Shown here piece by piece: positions 63,385-64,000 of a DNA stretch of 64,000 nt. The stretch's first letter is position 1; every line of letters begins with the position of its first letter. This stretch comes from Felis catus (taxonomy: Eukaryota). The notes under the pieces are model-generated. The model did not search any database and was not told where the DNA came from. It was given only the letters and a program-made list of their open reading frames with translations. Both the position numbers and the translations under genes were made by a program. The stretch spans positions 12,958,001 to 13,022,000 of the forward strand of contig NC_058368.1 of the NCBI RefSeq assembly GCF_018350175.1, given 5' to 3'.

Positions 63385-64000
63385 TTAATCTGAGATGATG
63401 TCATCTTTGCATATTTCTGATTTTGGCAGTTCGTATTCTTTTTTTTTTCTTGATTCATCTTCCTACAGGTTTAGTCATTTTACTAATATTTAAAAATCCT
63501 TTTGACTTTGTTGATCTTCCTTGTTGAATACTTGTTTTTTATTTTGTTAATTTCTATTCCAAATGTATTGTCTTCCTACTTCCTTAATTTTTTTTTTAAG
63601 AGAGGAAATAATTTGTTGAGTTTTTATCTAAATTCTTGAGTTAGATACTCAGATCACTAATTTTCAACTTTTCTTCTTTCCTGATGTATTAATCAAGGTT
63701 ATAAATGCCTTTCTAAGGATTGATTTAACCGCACTCCACAAGTTTTATTATGTCTTAATCTTTACTATCATTCAGTTCAAAATATTTTTTTATTTTTCAC
63801 TGTTTTTCTTCTTGATTTTAGAATTATATTGCTTAACTTCCAAACACTTGGTACTTATCTCAGTCAGAGAATATTCTTTGTATGATTTCAGTCCTTTGCA
63901 AAATTTGTTGAAAATTGCTTTATAGCCTAACATATTGCCAATTTTGATAAATACTGTATGTGCAAAGCATATCCTACAAATGATATGTGTAGTATTTGAC
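63385..64000 (-). mobile_element. Old L1 ORF2 region (L1M5/L1ME-like), runs off window
   Basis: T-rich antisense ORF2-like sequence: TTATCTAAATTCTTGAGTT..., ATCATTCAGTTCAAAATATTTT. Confidence 0.7.

Noticed and set aside
1..64000. CRISPR arrays, rRNA, snoRNA/miRNA clusters, CpG island
   Set aside because: Mammalian DNA with no repeat-spacer periodicity, no recognisable RNA gene and no CpG-rich stretch outside young SINEs.

Overview
Mammalian genomic DNA from a cat-family carnivore: about 20 tRNA-derived Can-SINEs of the feline type, most with target-site duplications (TSDs). Roughly half of the window is interspersed repeat (SINEC, L1, L2, MIR, MaLR/ERVL LTRs, an internally deleted ERVL provirus, hAT and TcMar DNA fossils). 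No intact protein-coding gene or RNA gene is supported, and the supplied ORF track is mostly repeat-derived or chance. The main result is a heavily decayed, intron-containing class C GPCR gene on the minus strand (~33167 to ~19675). About ten exon relics sit in repeat-free islands, mostly with AG/GT splice signals and several phase-compatible junctions. Read through stops and frameshifts, they give in order: Venus-flytrap (ANF_receptor) motifs, a GABA-B-like stalk and TM1-TM7, and a long tail with a coiled-coil-like stretch and a CPWE motif. An inverted, 87%-identical copy of its TM7 exon lies 3 kb away and may be the remnant of a convergent paralogue. All protein and repeat-family assignments were made by eye from remembered consensus sequences and need computational confirmation. 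Old-repeat boundaries are approximate.
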